Shown: piece by piece, positions 30,970-41,428 of the stretch
Layout: each line of letters starts with the position of its first letter
How positions within the stretch are numbered: the first letter of the stretch is position 1
NCBI GenBank assembly: GCA_025060195.1
Contig: JANXCQ010000001.1
Span: 128,352-192,351 of the forward strand
From: Gemmatales bacterium
GTDB taxonomy: Bacteria > Planctomycetota > Planctomycetia > Gemmatales > HRBIN36
Reading direction: 5' to 3'
Length of the DNA stretch: 64,000 bases
The notes under the pieces: model-generated
Told to the model about the DNA's origin: nothing
Seen by the model: only the letters and a program-made list of their open reading frames with translations
Databases searched by the model: none
Program-made: the position numbers and the translations under genes

Positions 30970-32466
30970 TTACCGTGCGTATAGGCCGACCGGCGAGATG
31001 TGGGGAGACTGATTCGCGGATGAGGAGCGCTTGTCAGTCAGGCGGGCACGCCAGGTGGCCAATTGACCTTGTCGGGCCAAGTCAATGGCCTCAGCCAAGA
31101 TGCGGGCCGATTCTTGCGGGGCATGAAAACCCGTCGAGTTCTCTGCCAGTACAAAATCAAGACGCCATTGCGCTTGCCGATGGAACCGCTGCGCCTCCTT
31201 GAGGCGCGCGTCATCCACGCCTGCTTTTCGCGCTTCGCTTAGTGCAGTAATCAGGTCTATGAGGGCGTTTTCGGCACGATCGAGTAGCGCTGCCGTGCGG
31301 TCTTGAATGGCCGTGGCCCGTGCCAATAACTCCGTTTCGCTCACAGGATGGCACGTCTGACAGGCGCGAGCGATGTTGAGCAAGGGACTGCGGACATGGT
31401 GGTCGCTGATCTTAATCGCGCCTTCACGGCGATAGGGCATGTGGCAATCTGCACAGGCGACGCCCGCACGGGCATGTACCCCTTGCGACCAGAGCTCAAA
31501 CTCAGGATGTTGCGCCTTCAACAGAGCGGCTCCCGTATCGGGATGGGTCCAGTCTTTCCATGACTCTGCGTCGTAATATGCTTCGATTTGCTCCATTTTG
31601 AGCCCATGGTGCCAAGGGTAGACCAACAGGCGGTTGGGCGGCTTGAAATAGTATTCCACATGACATTGAGCGCATACCATTGAGCGGAGTTCCTGCCGAC
31701 TCGCTTCCACGTTGGGGTCGTATTCTCTCCTCCGGCCGCTCTGACGCCAACGTTCGATACTGGGCAAATGGGGCACTGGATCGTCAGAACGTGCTAAGGC
31801 TCGGATCGCGTAAATGAAAGCGGGTCGGGTAATACGCAGCGCCAGTGTCTTCGGGTCATGGCAATCCACGCAACTGACGGGATGCTCGACCAGGGGGCGA
31901 ACTTCCCAGTAACTCTGCGAGCATAGTACCTCGAAGCCGCGCAAGATGGCCTCAAAACGTTGGTCCTCGTCCCGCGGCACGCCTGCTTTTACGCCGAGCT
32001 GATACATGGCGCCTAACGACGACGAGTGGCAATGCAGGCAACCGCCGGGGCGTTGCGGACCTTTCAGTCGTTCGGTCTCGTCCGGGTCTTGTAACATGTA
32101 GGCATGCCCACGTTCCTCGCGGTAGTCAACACTAAAGGGGAACCCTTGGAAAAGTACCTTAAGGCGTGGGTCTTTCTCCAACTTTTGAAACGCCTCTGAG
32201 CCGCCATGCTTAGTGCGCTCCGTGTCCACGGTGCGACGATACGTGTCATATTGCCGAGGAAAGTTTTGGCCCCAAATGGCAGGGTCGATGGTGTCTTCGC
32301 TAATCTCGACGACCCGGAAAACGGTCTCTCGAGCCTCGCGTTTGCGTTCGGCAATGTTTTGCCATAACGCTAGTATGCCGATGGTCGCCACCGCCGTAAT
32401 TGCAATGGTAAGTGTGTACCCAAGCCAACGCCATCGGCTCGGGGAAGAGCATGCCGCTCCTGACAT
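30970..32466 (-). CDS. nrfA: Pentaheme cytochrome c nitrite reductase (ammonia-forming), all-CXXCH variant
   Basis: 498 aa with an N-terminal TM anchor. Five heme sites: CLHCH, CVDCH, CAQCH, CADCH, CQTCH. NrfA blocks FSVDYREERGHAYMLQD and CAQCHVEYYF. Confidence 0.9.
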   Translation of the reverse strand: MSGAACSSPSRWRWLGYTLTIAITAVATIGILALWQNIAERKREARETVFRVVEISEDTIDPAIWGQNFPRQYDTYRRTVDTERTKHGGSEAFQKLEKDPRLKVLFQGFPFSVDYREERGHAYMLQDPDETERLKGPQRPGGCLHCHSSSLGAMYQLGVKAGVPRDEDQRFEAILRGFEVLCSQSYWEVRPLVEHPVSCVDCHDPKTLALRITRPAFIYAIRALARSDDPVPHLPSIERWRQSGRRREYDPNVEASRQELRSMVCAQCHVEYYFKPPNRLLVYPWHHGLKMEQIEAYYDAESWKDWTHPDTGAALLKAQHPEFELWSQGVHARAGVACADCHMPYRREGAIKISDHHVRSPLLNIARACQTCHPVSETELLARATAIQDRTAALLDRAENALIDLITALSEARKAGVDDARLKEAQRFHRQAQWRLDFVLAENSTGFHAPQESARILAEAIDLARQGQLATWRARLTDKRSSSANQSPHISPVGLYAR

Positions 32467-32517
32467 AAGATGCTCTCCACCGTTTAGTCTGAGACGGTTT
32501 CCATGCAGTAGGTAAAT

Positions 32518-32955
32518 CTATTTCCGCGGCCCATGACCAGCGGCCTGATGGCACCGGACGCAGTCAGGCTGACCCGCCACAAGGATGGGCTCGACGAATG
32601 CCTGATGACAGGCTACACAGTTGGTTTGCACCACCTGGTGATTCCAAGGATGGATCATGATTGGTTCATGAAAGTCTTGCAGCGTGAAAGCTTTCGAGTG
32701 GAAAAGCCCGTTGCGTGCTTTGGCATACCATTTCGCCAGGCTGCTGTGGGGCAGGTGACAGTCGTTACATACTGCAACCGCATGGTGCCCCGCTTTCTGC
32801 CAACCATCGTAATGCTCACGCATGACGTGGCAGTTGAGGCAAGCTGTCGGGTCATCGCGCAAATAGGAGGTAGCTTCCGCATAATAGGCCGTGTAGGTAC
32901 CCGCACCGACCAATACGCCGATCAGACCTGAGAGGGCCAACCCGGTGAGCGACAT
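32518..32955 (-). CDS. nrfH: Tetraheme NapC/NirT-family quinol dehydrogenase subunit of nitrite reductase
   Basis: 145 aa with an N-terminal TM helix. Four CXXCH sites (CLNCH, CNDCH, CVACH, CVRCH). Lies immediately upstream of nrfA. Confidence 0.88.
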   Translation of the reverse strand: MSLTGLALSGLIGVLVGAGTYTAYYAEATSYLRDDPTACLNCHVMREHYDGWQKAGHHAVAVCNDCHLPHSSLAKWYAKARNGLFHSKAFTLQDFHEPIMIHPWNHQVVQTNCVACHQAFVEPILVAGQPDCVRCHQAAGHGPRK

Positions 32956-33009
32956 CCCACAACAGGCAAAGACCGCTTCCTGAAGTTTCAGCGTGGCAAG
33001 CCTCCAGAT

Positions 33010-33474
33010 TCAGGGCCGTCCATAGGTGCCCATGAGTTCAGCCTGTTCGAGAATATGGCCTTGCATCGCCTTCAGAAGCATATCGCGGCTGGCCCCTGGG
33101 GGTAGGCCCAGCGTGGTGTCCAAGGCATACAAACGGAAAAAGTAACGATGGGGTTTGCCTCGAGGGGGTGAAGGGCCACCATAACCAATGCGGCCAAAGT
33201 CATTGCGACCTTGCCGCGAACCGTCTGAAAGGTGGTCATGGGCGGGAACGCCCGCGGGAAGCGAGCGCACGTAGGCGGGAATGTTAAAAATCACCCAGTG
33301 TACCCACAGACCGCGCGGGGCGTCGGGGTCCTCGCAGAGGAGGGCAAACGACTTTGTCCCTGCGGGAGGGTCGGTCCAACTGAGAGGGGGAGAAATGTCC
33401 CGGCCGTCAGCTGTGTATTCCTTCGGAATCGTCGCTCCCTGCGTGAAAGCTGTACTAGTCAGCACCATTGGCAT
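33010..33474 (-). CDS. YbhB/YbcL family Raf-kinase-inhibitor-like (PEBP) protein
   Basis: 154 aa. DISPPLSW, CEDPDAP, WVHWVIFNIP and GYGGPSPPRGKPHRYFFRLYAL blocks. Confidence 0.9.
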   Translation of the reverse strand: MPMVLTSTAFTQGATIPKEYTADGRDISPPLSWTDPPAGTKSFALLCEDPDAPRGLWVHWVIFNIPAYVRSLPAGVPAHDHLSDGSRQGRNDFGRIGYGGPSPPRGKPHRYFFRLYALDTTLGLPPGASRDMLLKAMQGHILEQAELMGTYGRP

Positions 33475-33612
33475 ATTCGCTACCTCCCGACCCGGCTTTT
33501 CTAGAAAGCGCTAATTTCCCTGGCCAGCTCAGCATGACAACCCCACTTGCCGATTGTATAGTAAAGCGAACGCGCTACCGAATCGTTATCATTGCTACAT
33601 CTGTGAAAACCT

Positions 33613-34911
33613 ATGAGTGCGATAACTCACGCGCCGACGACCTGGCCCACACCAACTGCCCAATCAAACGCCGCGGATTCATGCGTTCGCTATAACCTTT
33701 GGAACGAAAGCCTGTTTTCTGTGTTCAACGGCTTTTTCATGGGCATGATCCTGTTTGCAGCGCCGGCAATAGCGGCCACTTGTTTCGAAGTGGATACACT
33801 CACTCGCATGGCTTATGTCACGGTGATCACTTGTGCCTTTCCATGCGGCACATTTCTTGGCCCATTATGGGCCGCTTGGGGTCGGCGTGTCGGTATGCAC
33901 CAATTGGTCTTGCACACGGCGATATTGGCCAACTTACCGCTGTTTGCCCTCTACTGGGTTGACAGCGGTGCGATATTCACCGCCATTATCGCGTTGGCCC
34001 AGTTGTTTCATTCGGGTACGCGCATGGGCCAATCAAGTACTTATCACTACACCTACCCGCGGAGTTTGTTCGGTCGAATTCTGGGCATCTTGATTTTTTG
34101 GAACTATTTGGGCATGGTGGCCGCTGCTTTGTTGGCGGGGCTGGTCTCCAGTCGCGACGCCCACAGTTATCAATGGCTTTATCCTCTAGCAGGGCTTTGC
34201 GGGCTGCTCAGCTGTGTCTTTTACGCGCAGTTGCGTTTATTCCAACGGCCCACCAGGAGCCAGCCCGCATCTTGGCGAGCGGGCTGGCGTCGCCTGCGTC
34301 AGGTGATGCTGCAGGATCGGCGCTTCCGGTACTTTGAGATTGCGTTCTTTTTGTCTGGCTCAGCCTTTTTTGTGAGTTGGGGCGTAAGCATCGTGCTGGC
34401 ACACGAGCGGCTAGGCTGGGACACTGCCCGCATCACTTGGTGGATGACAGTAGTTCCTCAAGTTGTTCTTGCCCTGACTTCGCCCATTTGGGGCTGGGTG
34501 CTCGACCGCATCGGCATCGTGCGGACACGGTTACTGATTGCCATAGTCATGACGCTCTACTTGGCCTGTTACCTCGGCGGATTGGTCTGGATAGTTCCAG
34601 GGCTGATGTACCTGGGCAGTCTGCTTCGTGGCGTCTCCGAAGGTGGCGGCCAGGTAACTTGGGCGCTAGCCTCGGTGCAGTTCGCTCCTGGGCCTGACGA
34701 TATTCCTACTTATAACGGAATTCACTTCATTTTGAACGGCCTGCGTGGTTTAGTCATGCCCTGGGTAGGAAAATGGCTTGCCGTTACTTGGGCGGGCTTA
34801 CCGCTAGGCCTATCGGTCTTGATTTCCGGGGTGGCCGTGGCTGTTATCTGCTGGTCGCTTCGTTGGGAGCCACCTGCTGGGCACGGCACAGAATCGCCAG
34901 GAAATGGTTGA
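33613..34911 (+). CDS. MFS transporter
   Basis: 432 aa with about 12 hydrophobic segments in two halves. Start codon uncertain. Confidence 0.7.
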   Translation: MSAITHAPTTWPTPTAQSNAADSCVRYNLWNESLFSVFNGFFMGMILFAAPAIAATCFEVDTLTRMAYVTVITCAFPCGTFLGPLWAAWGRRVGMHQLVLHTAILANLPLFALYWVDSGAIFTAIIALAQLFHSGTRMGQSSTYHYTYPRSLFGRILGILIFWNYLGMVAAALLAGLVSSRDAHSYQWLYPLAGLCGLLSCVFYAQLRLFQRPTRSQPASWRAGWRRLRQVMLQDRRFRYFEIAFFLSGSAFFVSWGVSIVLAHERLGWDTARITWWMTVVPQVVLALTSPIWGWVLDRIGIVRTRLLIAIVMTLYLACYLGGLVWIVPGLMYLGSLLRGVSEGGGQVTWALASVQFAPGPDDIPTYNGIHFILNGLRGLVMPWVGKWLAVTWAGLPLGLSVLISGVAVAVICWSLRWEPPAGHGTESPGNG

Positions 34912-34992
34912 GGCAAGGATTTTCGCGCATGACATTTGGCGCATTGTTACCGTCATCGCGCCACTGCCAAACCATCAGTCCAGTTGCAGATG

Positions 34993-35793
34993 TTAGTCCA
35001 GTAACGGCGTAGTCGGGGCCTCGACGGTCTGAGGCACCTTGCGTCGCATCAGGAACGTAGCTGGGCCTGCTACCACGTAGAACCAGCACAATCCCAGCAG
35101 GGCCACTTCTTTGAAGAACAACAGAAGAAAGATGGCGACGATCACCTCAATCACTTCGGTGAAAGGTCGGCGGCGACGCAGCCAGCGAAGGGCTAGATGT
35201 GGATAAGGGATACGCGACACCATGAGCAGCGCTACCAAGGTTGCGCCCAACGGGGCCACCCAATGCACGGCCAATCGCGCTTCTTCAGGCAGCCAAGGAT
35301 ACGGCATCGGTGAGTAACGCAAAAGCACCAAGGAAGCAACGCATCCCGCGGCTGCTGGCGAGGGTAACCCTTGGAACGTTTTATGACTTTTCACGTCCAG
35401 GCTGGTCTGTACGTTGAAGCGGGCCAGACGTAGCACAGCGCATACCATATAGAGCAGTGCGATGAGCAGAAAAATCTCGCCTGCTAAACGACTGGTGAAT
35501 CGGTCGCCGAGTTGCAAGAGCAGGAAACCTGGAGCGGCGCCAAAACTGATGGCGTCGCAGAGGCTGTCGAGTTCAGCACCAAATTGACTGGCCGTACGCG
35601 AACGTCGCGCTAAGTAGCCATCGAAGACATCAAACACCATGGCCGCGAAAATCAACCAGGCGGCTGCGTAGATGGCCGATTCATTCGGCCAATCACTTGC
35701 CAGTCCGGAACCGGTGGCCAACATGATGGCTGTGAAACCACAGGCGGCATTTCCCAGCGTGCACAACGTGGGTAGAATCGCAATCCGCCTCAC
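34993..35793 (-). CDS. pssA: CDP-diacylglycerol--serine O-phosphatidyltransferase
   Basis: 266 aa. CDP-alcohol phosphatidyltransferase motif DVFDGYLARRSRTASQFGAELDSLCD. Multiple TM segments. Confidence 0.88.
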   Translation of the reverse strand: MRRIAILPTLCTLGNAACGFTAIMLATGSGLASDWPNESAIYAAAWLIFAAMVFDVFDGYLARRSRTASQFGAELDSLCDAISFGAAPGFLLLQLGDRFTSRLAGEIFLLIALLYMVCAVLRLARFNVQTSLDVKSHKTFQGLPSPAAAGCVASLVLLRYSPMPYPWLPEEARLAVHWVAPLGATLVALLMVSRIPYPHLALRWLRRRRPFTEVIEVIVAIFLLLFFKEVALLGLCWFYVVAGPATFLMRRKVPQTVEAPTTPLLD

Positions 35794-38132
35794 TGACGTT
35801 CCTCCGCAAGCTTTCCGATGATCTCGGCTTCATTATAACCAAGTGCCTTAACGCAATGCTAACGAAATTATCACGCTCGCATCGCGGCTTAGTTCACTTG
35901 TGCCATAGATTATTTGCACCGCACAGGACCTAACCGCTGAGTACGACGTCGGCTGGTGTTTCATTGCGGGATTGCATTATGACGCACGCAACTCGGTTAA
36001 TTAGCGGCACCCTGGCGTGCCTCTGCGCAAACCGTTTCATGCTCCCGAAATGCTTTACGGCTAACGGAACCACTTGGTTACCATTGGTCGGTGGACGGCC
36101 TGCTGTATGCGTGGGTCTTCGTCCACGCTGAACCACAGTACGCTCGGCGGCGCGAGTATAGCGGCAAACATTATGTGTAGGCCGATGTGGGGGCAGTGCT
36201 GATTCCGGGTCTAGCGAGCCTATCCTCTCACGTGACTTTCGAGGGGAGCACGCCGCACCACTTGTAACCCTAAGGCAAACCGCACGCGGCAACACATTTG
36301 CTTTTAGTGCCCAACTTTGCCCTTGAATCGCGACCAATAGGCAGGGTCGTGGATTTTAACAATTGCTGAAAATGACTCACCCGCTACGGCAAACGCGCGG
36401 ATATAACCTATAGCGTGCGGGTCAAACACCTAAGGCAAAGTTATGATGTCAATTATTCGCGACATAGCCATGTGCCTCTGCCGCACTTGCGACCTTACAT
36501 AAAACATGATCCGTGATACTATTTGCCCAGGTCGGCCAAAATTTGCGACTTTTGCGACATGCTCTGTAAGATAACCAAGTCAGTAATCGCTCTCCCCCAA
36601 TAAGCAGGAGGTATAACTTCTATCTCAGAAAACCTGTTTCATGCGATAGCATACTTGTAGCATCCTCATCTATAGCCGCAATTGTTACGTCACAGCCGTC
36701 CGATACCTGGCGTTGCCTATGACACCTGCTGGGTGCAAACTCTCGGTCATCGCTATCTAGTAATGTTTTAGCTGGTAAATCTCGATCGTCGCTGATCAGA
36801 GTGCTTCACTTATGCCTAAGGTCAGGTATGACACAGTTGACGACTGTGGACAGATGAGTCGTCGCCCTACTAAGACCACCTTGGGCAGACAAAAACGTGG
36901 ACATCTACGTTTCCGACATCGTCAAACTCAATAGCACCGAGGCAGGATTGACTTGAGATTACCCTAAACCCGAGCATCACGAAATTTCCCATCTGGTAAG
37001 GATCAATTATGTCTCTGGGGGGCTGTCCCACCGGAGGACGAATTGGGATATGGTAACATCTGCCAATTGCTCAAGGTCAACAATCCCGAAACAGGATCGC
37101 TTGTAAGTCACGTGGGGCCATGATAGGTAGATTTTCAATCTCTCAAGTCTCCATGATATTTCTGAGGGTGCCGCCCCATGAAATGGGTTCTTGCGAATTA
37201 GCAGGGCCTACAGCCCAGATGTGCGAATATCCGCCAGCGGCAATCATCATCCCGCGGGCACTTCTGAGAGTTGGTCTCCGAATTAGCTATCGCGCAATTG
37301 GCCGCCCTACGAGTTGAAATGGACTGCGCTCCGCTTGGCTGACGCTATAGCGCTAGTCTTAGTCGGAAGGGGGGCTTTGGGTGTGAGCCGGCGGATTGCA
37401 GGCTGTGCCACTGATAATAGCGTGCCGCCTAGCCCAGGTACTAACTCCCCATGATCTTCCTGACAAAACCCGACCTCTCATATACCTTTTGATTCGACGG
37501 ACGATGCAACATTCCATAGTCCCCAAAAGTTGTCCGCAGCCGATCCTTACACAGTGCTACAACGCCCCGCACCACTACACACAACATCAAAAGCACATCC
37601 GCCCCGTATAGCCTCGAGCCTCGAAGGGCATCTGCCCTTTCAGCCACTTCGCTCAACGGGAGGTCTCACCTGCCAGCAAGGTAAAGCCGGCCGGAAAACA
37701 GGCTCCATCCGCCCCCGTTACGCCGTTGGTAAGAAAATACTTCACTTTGCTGGTTGTGTCACTCCTAGCCGTCCCGACGCGGTGCGGTCGGCCTGCGATA
37801 TTTAAGACTCCGCGTTTGTTGTGCGAAGCGATGCCGCCTCTACCGCCATGTCGGACCGACTCATAACCACTGCTCACAAGGACGGGTCTATGTGCCTCTC
37901 GACCGCTGCACCACGATTACCGAGAAACCTCCAACACAAAGCGTTGGCTCGCCTTTTGCGACTCCCAACACCGGCAGTCGCGAGCCACATTAGCTCCCCT
38001 GCTTTGGCCTGATTTCTCTTTCCGCGAATAAGTGGCCCCTCGTGGCCGAAGTTGATCCCCGTTTCTGTCCATTAGCGGCTCACTGCACCAAAGTGCACAG
38101 ACCACTGGTTGGCCCTCCGGCAGAAGGCGATT

Positions 38133-41100
38133 TCATGGCCCAGGCAGGCAAATTGTCCGCACTAACTGGTCAATCTCGTCGAGTTCCGCCTGCAATGCGC
38201 GGCGAATGAGCTGACGTAATTTGCCAATCGGCTGGCCTAAGGTTTTTTCGTCCATCGTACGTACCATGTCGAGCACACGCTTGTGGCAGCTTCGACCCAA
38301 GTTGGCCAGACGCCTATGGTGTTCGTTAGTGCGATCAAAGGTGAGAATCTGCACCACTTCAAACGGCCTGCGATGGATGTCTCGTTCACCGCCGCCCCGG
38401 GTGGCGCCAAAGACGCCTTTCGTTTGATAAGGCTTGATTTCCTTGTCAATGGACGGCGCATTGAGTACAGCGCTCAAGTAATAGGCCTCTGCCGCGTTAC
38501 GGAGATCGAGCCAATATGTCTTCGTGTCGCCGACAAATCCGCGAACTGGCAAGCCGTGCACCAGCTGCTTACTCACTTTAGTCGTGTCTATCACACAGGC
38601 ACACAGATGAGTGCCGCTCGTGTTATACAGCAGCTTGTAAACGCCCGTAGGCTTCTGGGCAGTGAGTTTTCCTTGCCAATCGAGATAATCGAGTAGTTCT
38701 TCCTGAGATTTACGGTGTTTGTTCCAAATGTCCTCGGCCTGGCGGAGCCAATGAGCCAAGCCCGTCTTGCTGAGGCGGACAGCTTCGGTGTCGGTGAGCA
38801 GTTTTCCTCGGGTCCACGGTAAGACCACCAGGGAAAGCTGCCGCCAACCAAACGGCAGCATGTCGTCGGACAACAACGTGGCAAAGAGGAAGTCGGCTTC
38901 GACCCGGCCGCGTAAACGAATTCCTTTCCAGGGAGGTTTTGCTTGAGGCTCGATAGCGGGGTCGGTTTCCAACTGTGGCCGCGCGACGTCGGTAACCAGC
39001 GCTTCCATAGGGCGAACAAACCATAGACAGCGCGGCACAATCGTGGCCCCTTGGCGAAGCCGCTCGAAGTAGGGGCTTTTGCCCAGAGGCGACGGCGCGC
39101 TATACGTGGACTGGCGTAGCGCCAGGGCTCGCTGCGCTTCCGGCCAACTCAAATTGCGGCGGGGCAATTGACCGGCCAGCTGGAGCAGGGGAACCGCTTG
39201 GCTCACTGACTGAGTGGCAGCGCTATCCCGCTTGACCCAAATCAACACACAGGCCGGCACATGGAAGAGCGGAATCACTTGTTCGCAGTCCACCAGGAGC
39301 CGCGCCTGCGACACGTAATATCTGCGGAAATGGGCATGTTGTTTAGCGCCGGTCAGGATGCTGCGCGGCATAACGAAGGCGAGAGTGCCTTGCTCGGCCA
39401 AATAACGATCAGCGCAGAAGGCAAAAAAGAGCGTCGCCAGTTCGGTCTGGGTGAACAGGTGAGCATCTCGTTTATTCAGGAGATGATAACGCTCCAGCAC
39501 CAGGCGGCGCACGCGTTCCTGATAATCCCTGCGGCGTATGTAGCGATAGGAAAGCCAGGGCGGATTGCCGACGACAAAATGGAACTTTTTCCACGCCAAT
39601 AGGGCGGGTCGCCAGGCATTTTTCAGGATGAATTGCCAGACAGTGTCCGTGGCTGGCGCTTGCATCAACCAGCGCATCAGCCGCAAGTTGTTCAGCCAGA
39701 GCTGCGGCTGTGGTACCTGACGTTGGTCCAACCAACGGCGGAAACCAGCGTGAGCGTCGGTTTCGACATAGGCTGGGTCGGCCAATTCGAAGAGCTTGTC
39801 CACGCATTGATTGAATAAACTCGGCTGATGGGCCATATCGGCTGGGACGTCGAAACTGTGGGGGAGGTGGCGCGGTTTCTTCTTGCCGGTGCGTTGGGCC
39901 AAGTCGTCTACCCGAACCGGGATACTCAGCACCTGCCCGTTCAAGGAATCGTTTGGCAGGGCCAGGGTGTCGGCCATATAGATGGGCACGTGGAACGACT
40001 GCCGATACTCCTGCAAATCCCTGCCCAGCGCCAGAACGAAATTGGTTCGGGCAATGGTGACGGCCAAGGGATGAACATCCAGGCCCGCCAAGTGCTGTGC
40101 GCAATGACTCACCAGTTGGGCGCCCGACATGCCGCTCTCGCGTAGCAATCGAATGGCCGTGACTAAGAACGTACCCGAGCCGCACGCCGGATCGATGAGC
40201 GACGCGGAAGAGTTCTGTCCCGGAAAACCCGCCTGCCGCAGCGTCAACTCGGCCAACCAGTCGGGAGTGTAAAACTCGCCCAAGTCGTGCCGCGTTTCCG
40301 GGTCAACTAACTCTTGGTAGAGTTCTTTGAGTAAGTCTTCCTGGATGTCCGTGAGGCTGTAGGCCGCGGTCAAACGACACGCCAATCCATGCAGCAGCGA
40401 GCGCACCGTGTCCTTTTCCAGCGCCGCCCAGGAGAAGAAGTCCTCCCCGACGAAATTGTCCAGACCTAATTGCACGAAGGTTTGCCCGGAAATAAGACCG
40501 TCTATTTCACCGCTGTGCGGTGCGCGGCGGTTCAGAACGACAAACGCCAGCACCCGCGCGAATAGAGCCAGATAAGTATGACGAAGGAACAACTCCTCGT
40601 GCCCGACGTCGCTGCCGTAAACAATACTCAACAAGCTCTGCCACTCCGCAAACTTGGTTTGGGCCGCGGGGTGGCTACCATGCCGTTGCCAAGCCTGCCG
40701 AAGCAGATAGAGGCTACGCCAGAAAGTGGGGCTATGCTGGCCGAACCGCAGCGCCACATCATCCGTCGTGGGCCGTAGTTGTTTTTCATGGAACAGGTAA
40801 CAATCGAGCCAGAGCCGACATTCCGCCGCCTGCTCCACGCGCAGTTGCAAGGCATTCACAGGTTCGAGCCGGCCCTCGCGTAGGGCATATACTTCCAGCG
40901 TTTCCCCATCACTTAACACGCCGAAATAACGCTCGGGATGCTCCTGGTTCAACAAATACCGCAACAACTGTTGTTGGCCTTCCCTGCGTTTAGCGTCATC
41001 GAGGCGGCGCTCAAACTCGAAGATCAGGTCGCCGTAGAGCACATCGGCAAAACCACCCCGCACGCGCAGTCCTGGGATGTGCTTTTCCAGTTGCAGCGGC

Positions 41101-41255
41101 TCGGCCACTGCCAGGCGGGGAAAGCTCTCCCGCAAAAACTGCAAAAACCCATCGCGGATACTGTCTTCCGAGGCGCCACGACTGCGCATCAGACGGAGTT
41201 GGTCAAGATAATTCCGTAAACAATCGCTGAAGTCGCTCATGCAGCTCACCAACAT
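38133..41255 (-). CDS. MmeI-like Type IIG/IIL N6-adenine DNA methyltransferase fusion protein (nuclease motif altered)
   Basis: 1040 aa. N-terminal GFADVLYGDLIFEFER block (nuclease-like region). EFYTPDW, motif I IDPACGSGTFLV, motif IV VVGNPPWLSY (gamma class). Long C-terminal specificity-type region. Alternative start ATG at 41240. Confidence 0.8.
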   Translation of the reverse strand: MLVSCMSDFSDCLRNYLDQLRLMRSRGASEDSIRDGFLQFLRESFPRLAVAEPLQLEKHIPGLRVRGGFADVLYGDLIFEFERRLDDAKRREGQQQLLRYLLNQEHPERYFGVLSDGETLEVYALREGRLEPVNALQLRVEQAAECRLWLDCYLFHEKQLRPTTDDVALRFGQHSPTFWRSLYLLRQAWQRHGSHPAAQTKFAEWQSLLSIVYGSDVGHEELFLRHTYLALFARVLAFVVLNRRAPHSGEIDGLISGQTFVQLGLDNFVGEDFFSWAALEKDTVRSLLHGLACRLTAAYSLTDIQEDLLKELYQELVDPETRHDLGEFYTPDWLAELTLRQAGFPGQNSSASLIDPACGSGTFLVTAIRLLRESGMSGAQLVSHCAQHLAGLDVHPLAVTIARTNFVLALGRDLQEYRQSFHVPIYMADTLALPNDSLNGQVLSIPVRVDDLAQRTGKKKPRHLPHSFDVPADMAHQPSLFNQCVDKLFELADPAYVETDAHAGFRRWLDQRQVPQPQLWLNNLRLMRWLMQAPATDTVWQFILKNAWRPALLAWKKFHFVVGNPPWLSYRYIRRRDYQERVRRLVLERYHLLNKRDAHLFTQTELATLFFAFCADRYLAEQGTLAFVMPRSILTGAKQHAHFRRYYVSQARLLVDCEQVIPLFHVPACVLIWVKRDSAATQSVSQAVPLLQLAGQLPRRNLSWPEAQRALALRQSTYSAPSPLGKSPYFERLRQGATIVPRCLWFVRPMEALVTDVARPQLETDPAIEPQAKPPWKGIRLRGRVEADFLFATLLSDDMLPFGWRQLSLVVLPWTRGKLLTDTEAVRLSKTGLAHWLRQAEDIWNKHRKSQEELLDYLDWQGKLTAQKPTGVYKLLYNTSGTHLCACVIDTTKVSKQLVHGLPVRGFVGDTKTYWLDLRNAAEAYYLSAVLNAPSIDKEIKPYQTKGVFGATRGGGERDIHRRPFEVVQILTFDRTNEHHRRLANLGRSCHKRVLDMVRTMDEKTLGQPIGKLRQLIRRALQAELDEIDQLVRTICLPGP

Positions 41256-41428
41256 CCAGGGGCTTACTCACCAGGATGCGCCTGTCGCAAAATTTTAGTG
41301 CTGGCGCACCTCTGGTGCATGTGCCTAAGCTAAAGTTGAAAGGCTGGCGACAGGAGTTATAATACGCTTCGCTGCAGCCGGGGTCGTAAAACTCGAAACT
41401 GGAAAACTGAGATGCAGGAGACAGGCGT

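Noticed and set aside
35930-36337. 135-aa ORF in the 2.3-kb block
   Set aside because: The translation is Arg/Pro/Thr/Ala-rich with no motifs and no RBS. An ORF of this length can arise by chance in 2.3 kb across six frames.
37481-37500. GATTCGACGG resembling the 5' region of tmRNA
   Set aside because: There is no GGGG acceptor start, no tRNA-like 3' end (T arm plus acceptor) downstream, and no tag reading frame. It is an isolated 10-mer.
39472-40185. 237-aa ORF in an alternative frame inside the methyltransferase gene
   Set aside because: The translation is Arg/Pro/Gly-rich and low-complexity, typical of an off-frame shadow ORF in GC-rich coding DNA. The methyltransferase frame carries the recognisable motifs.
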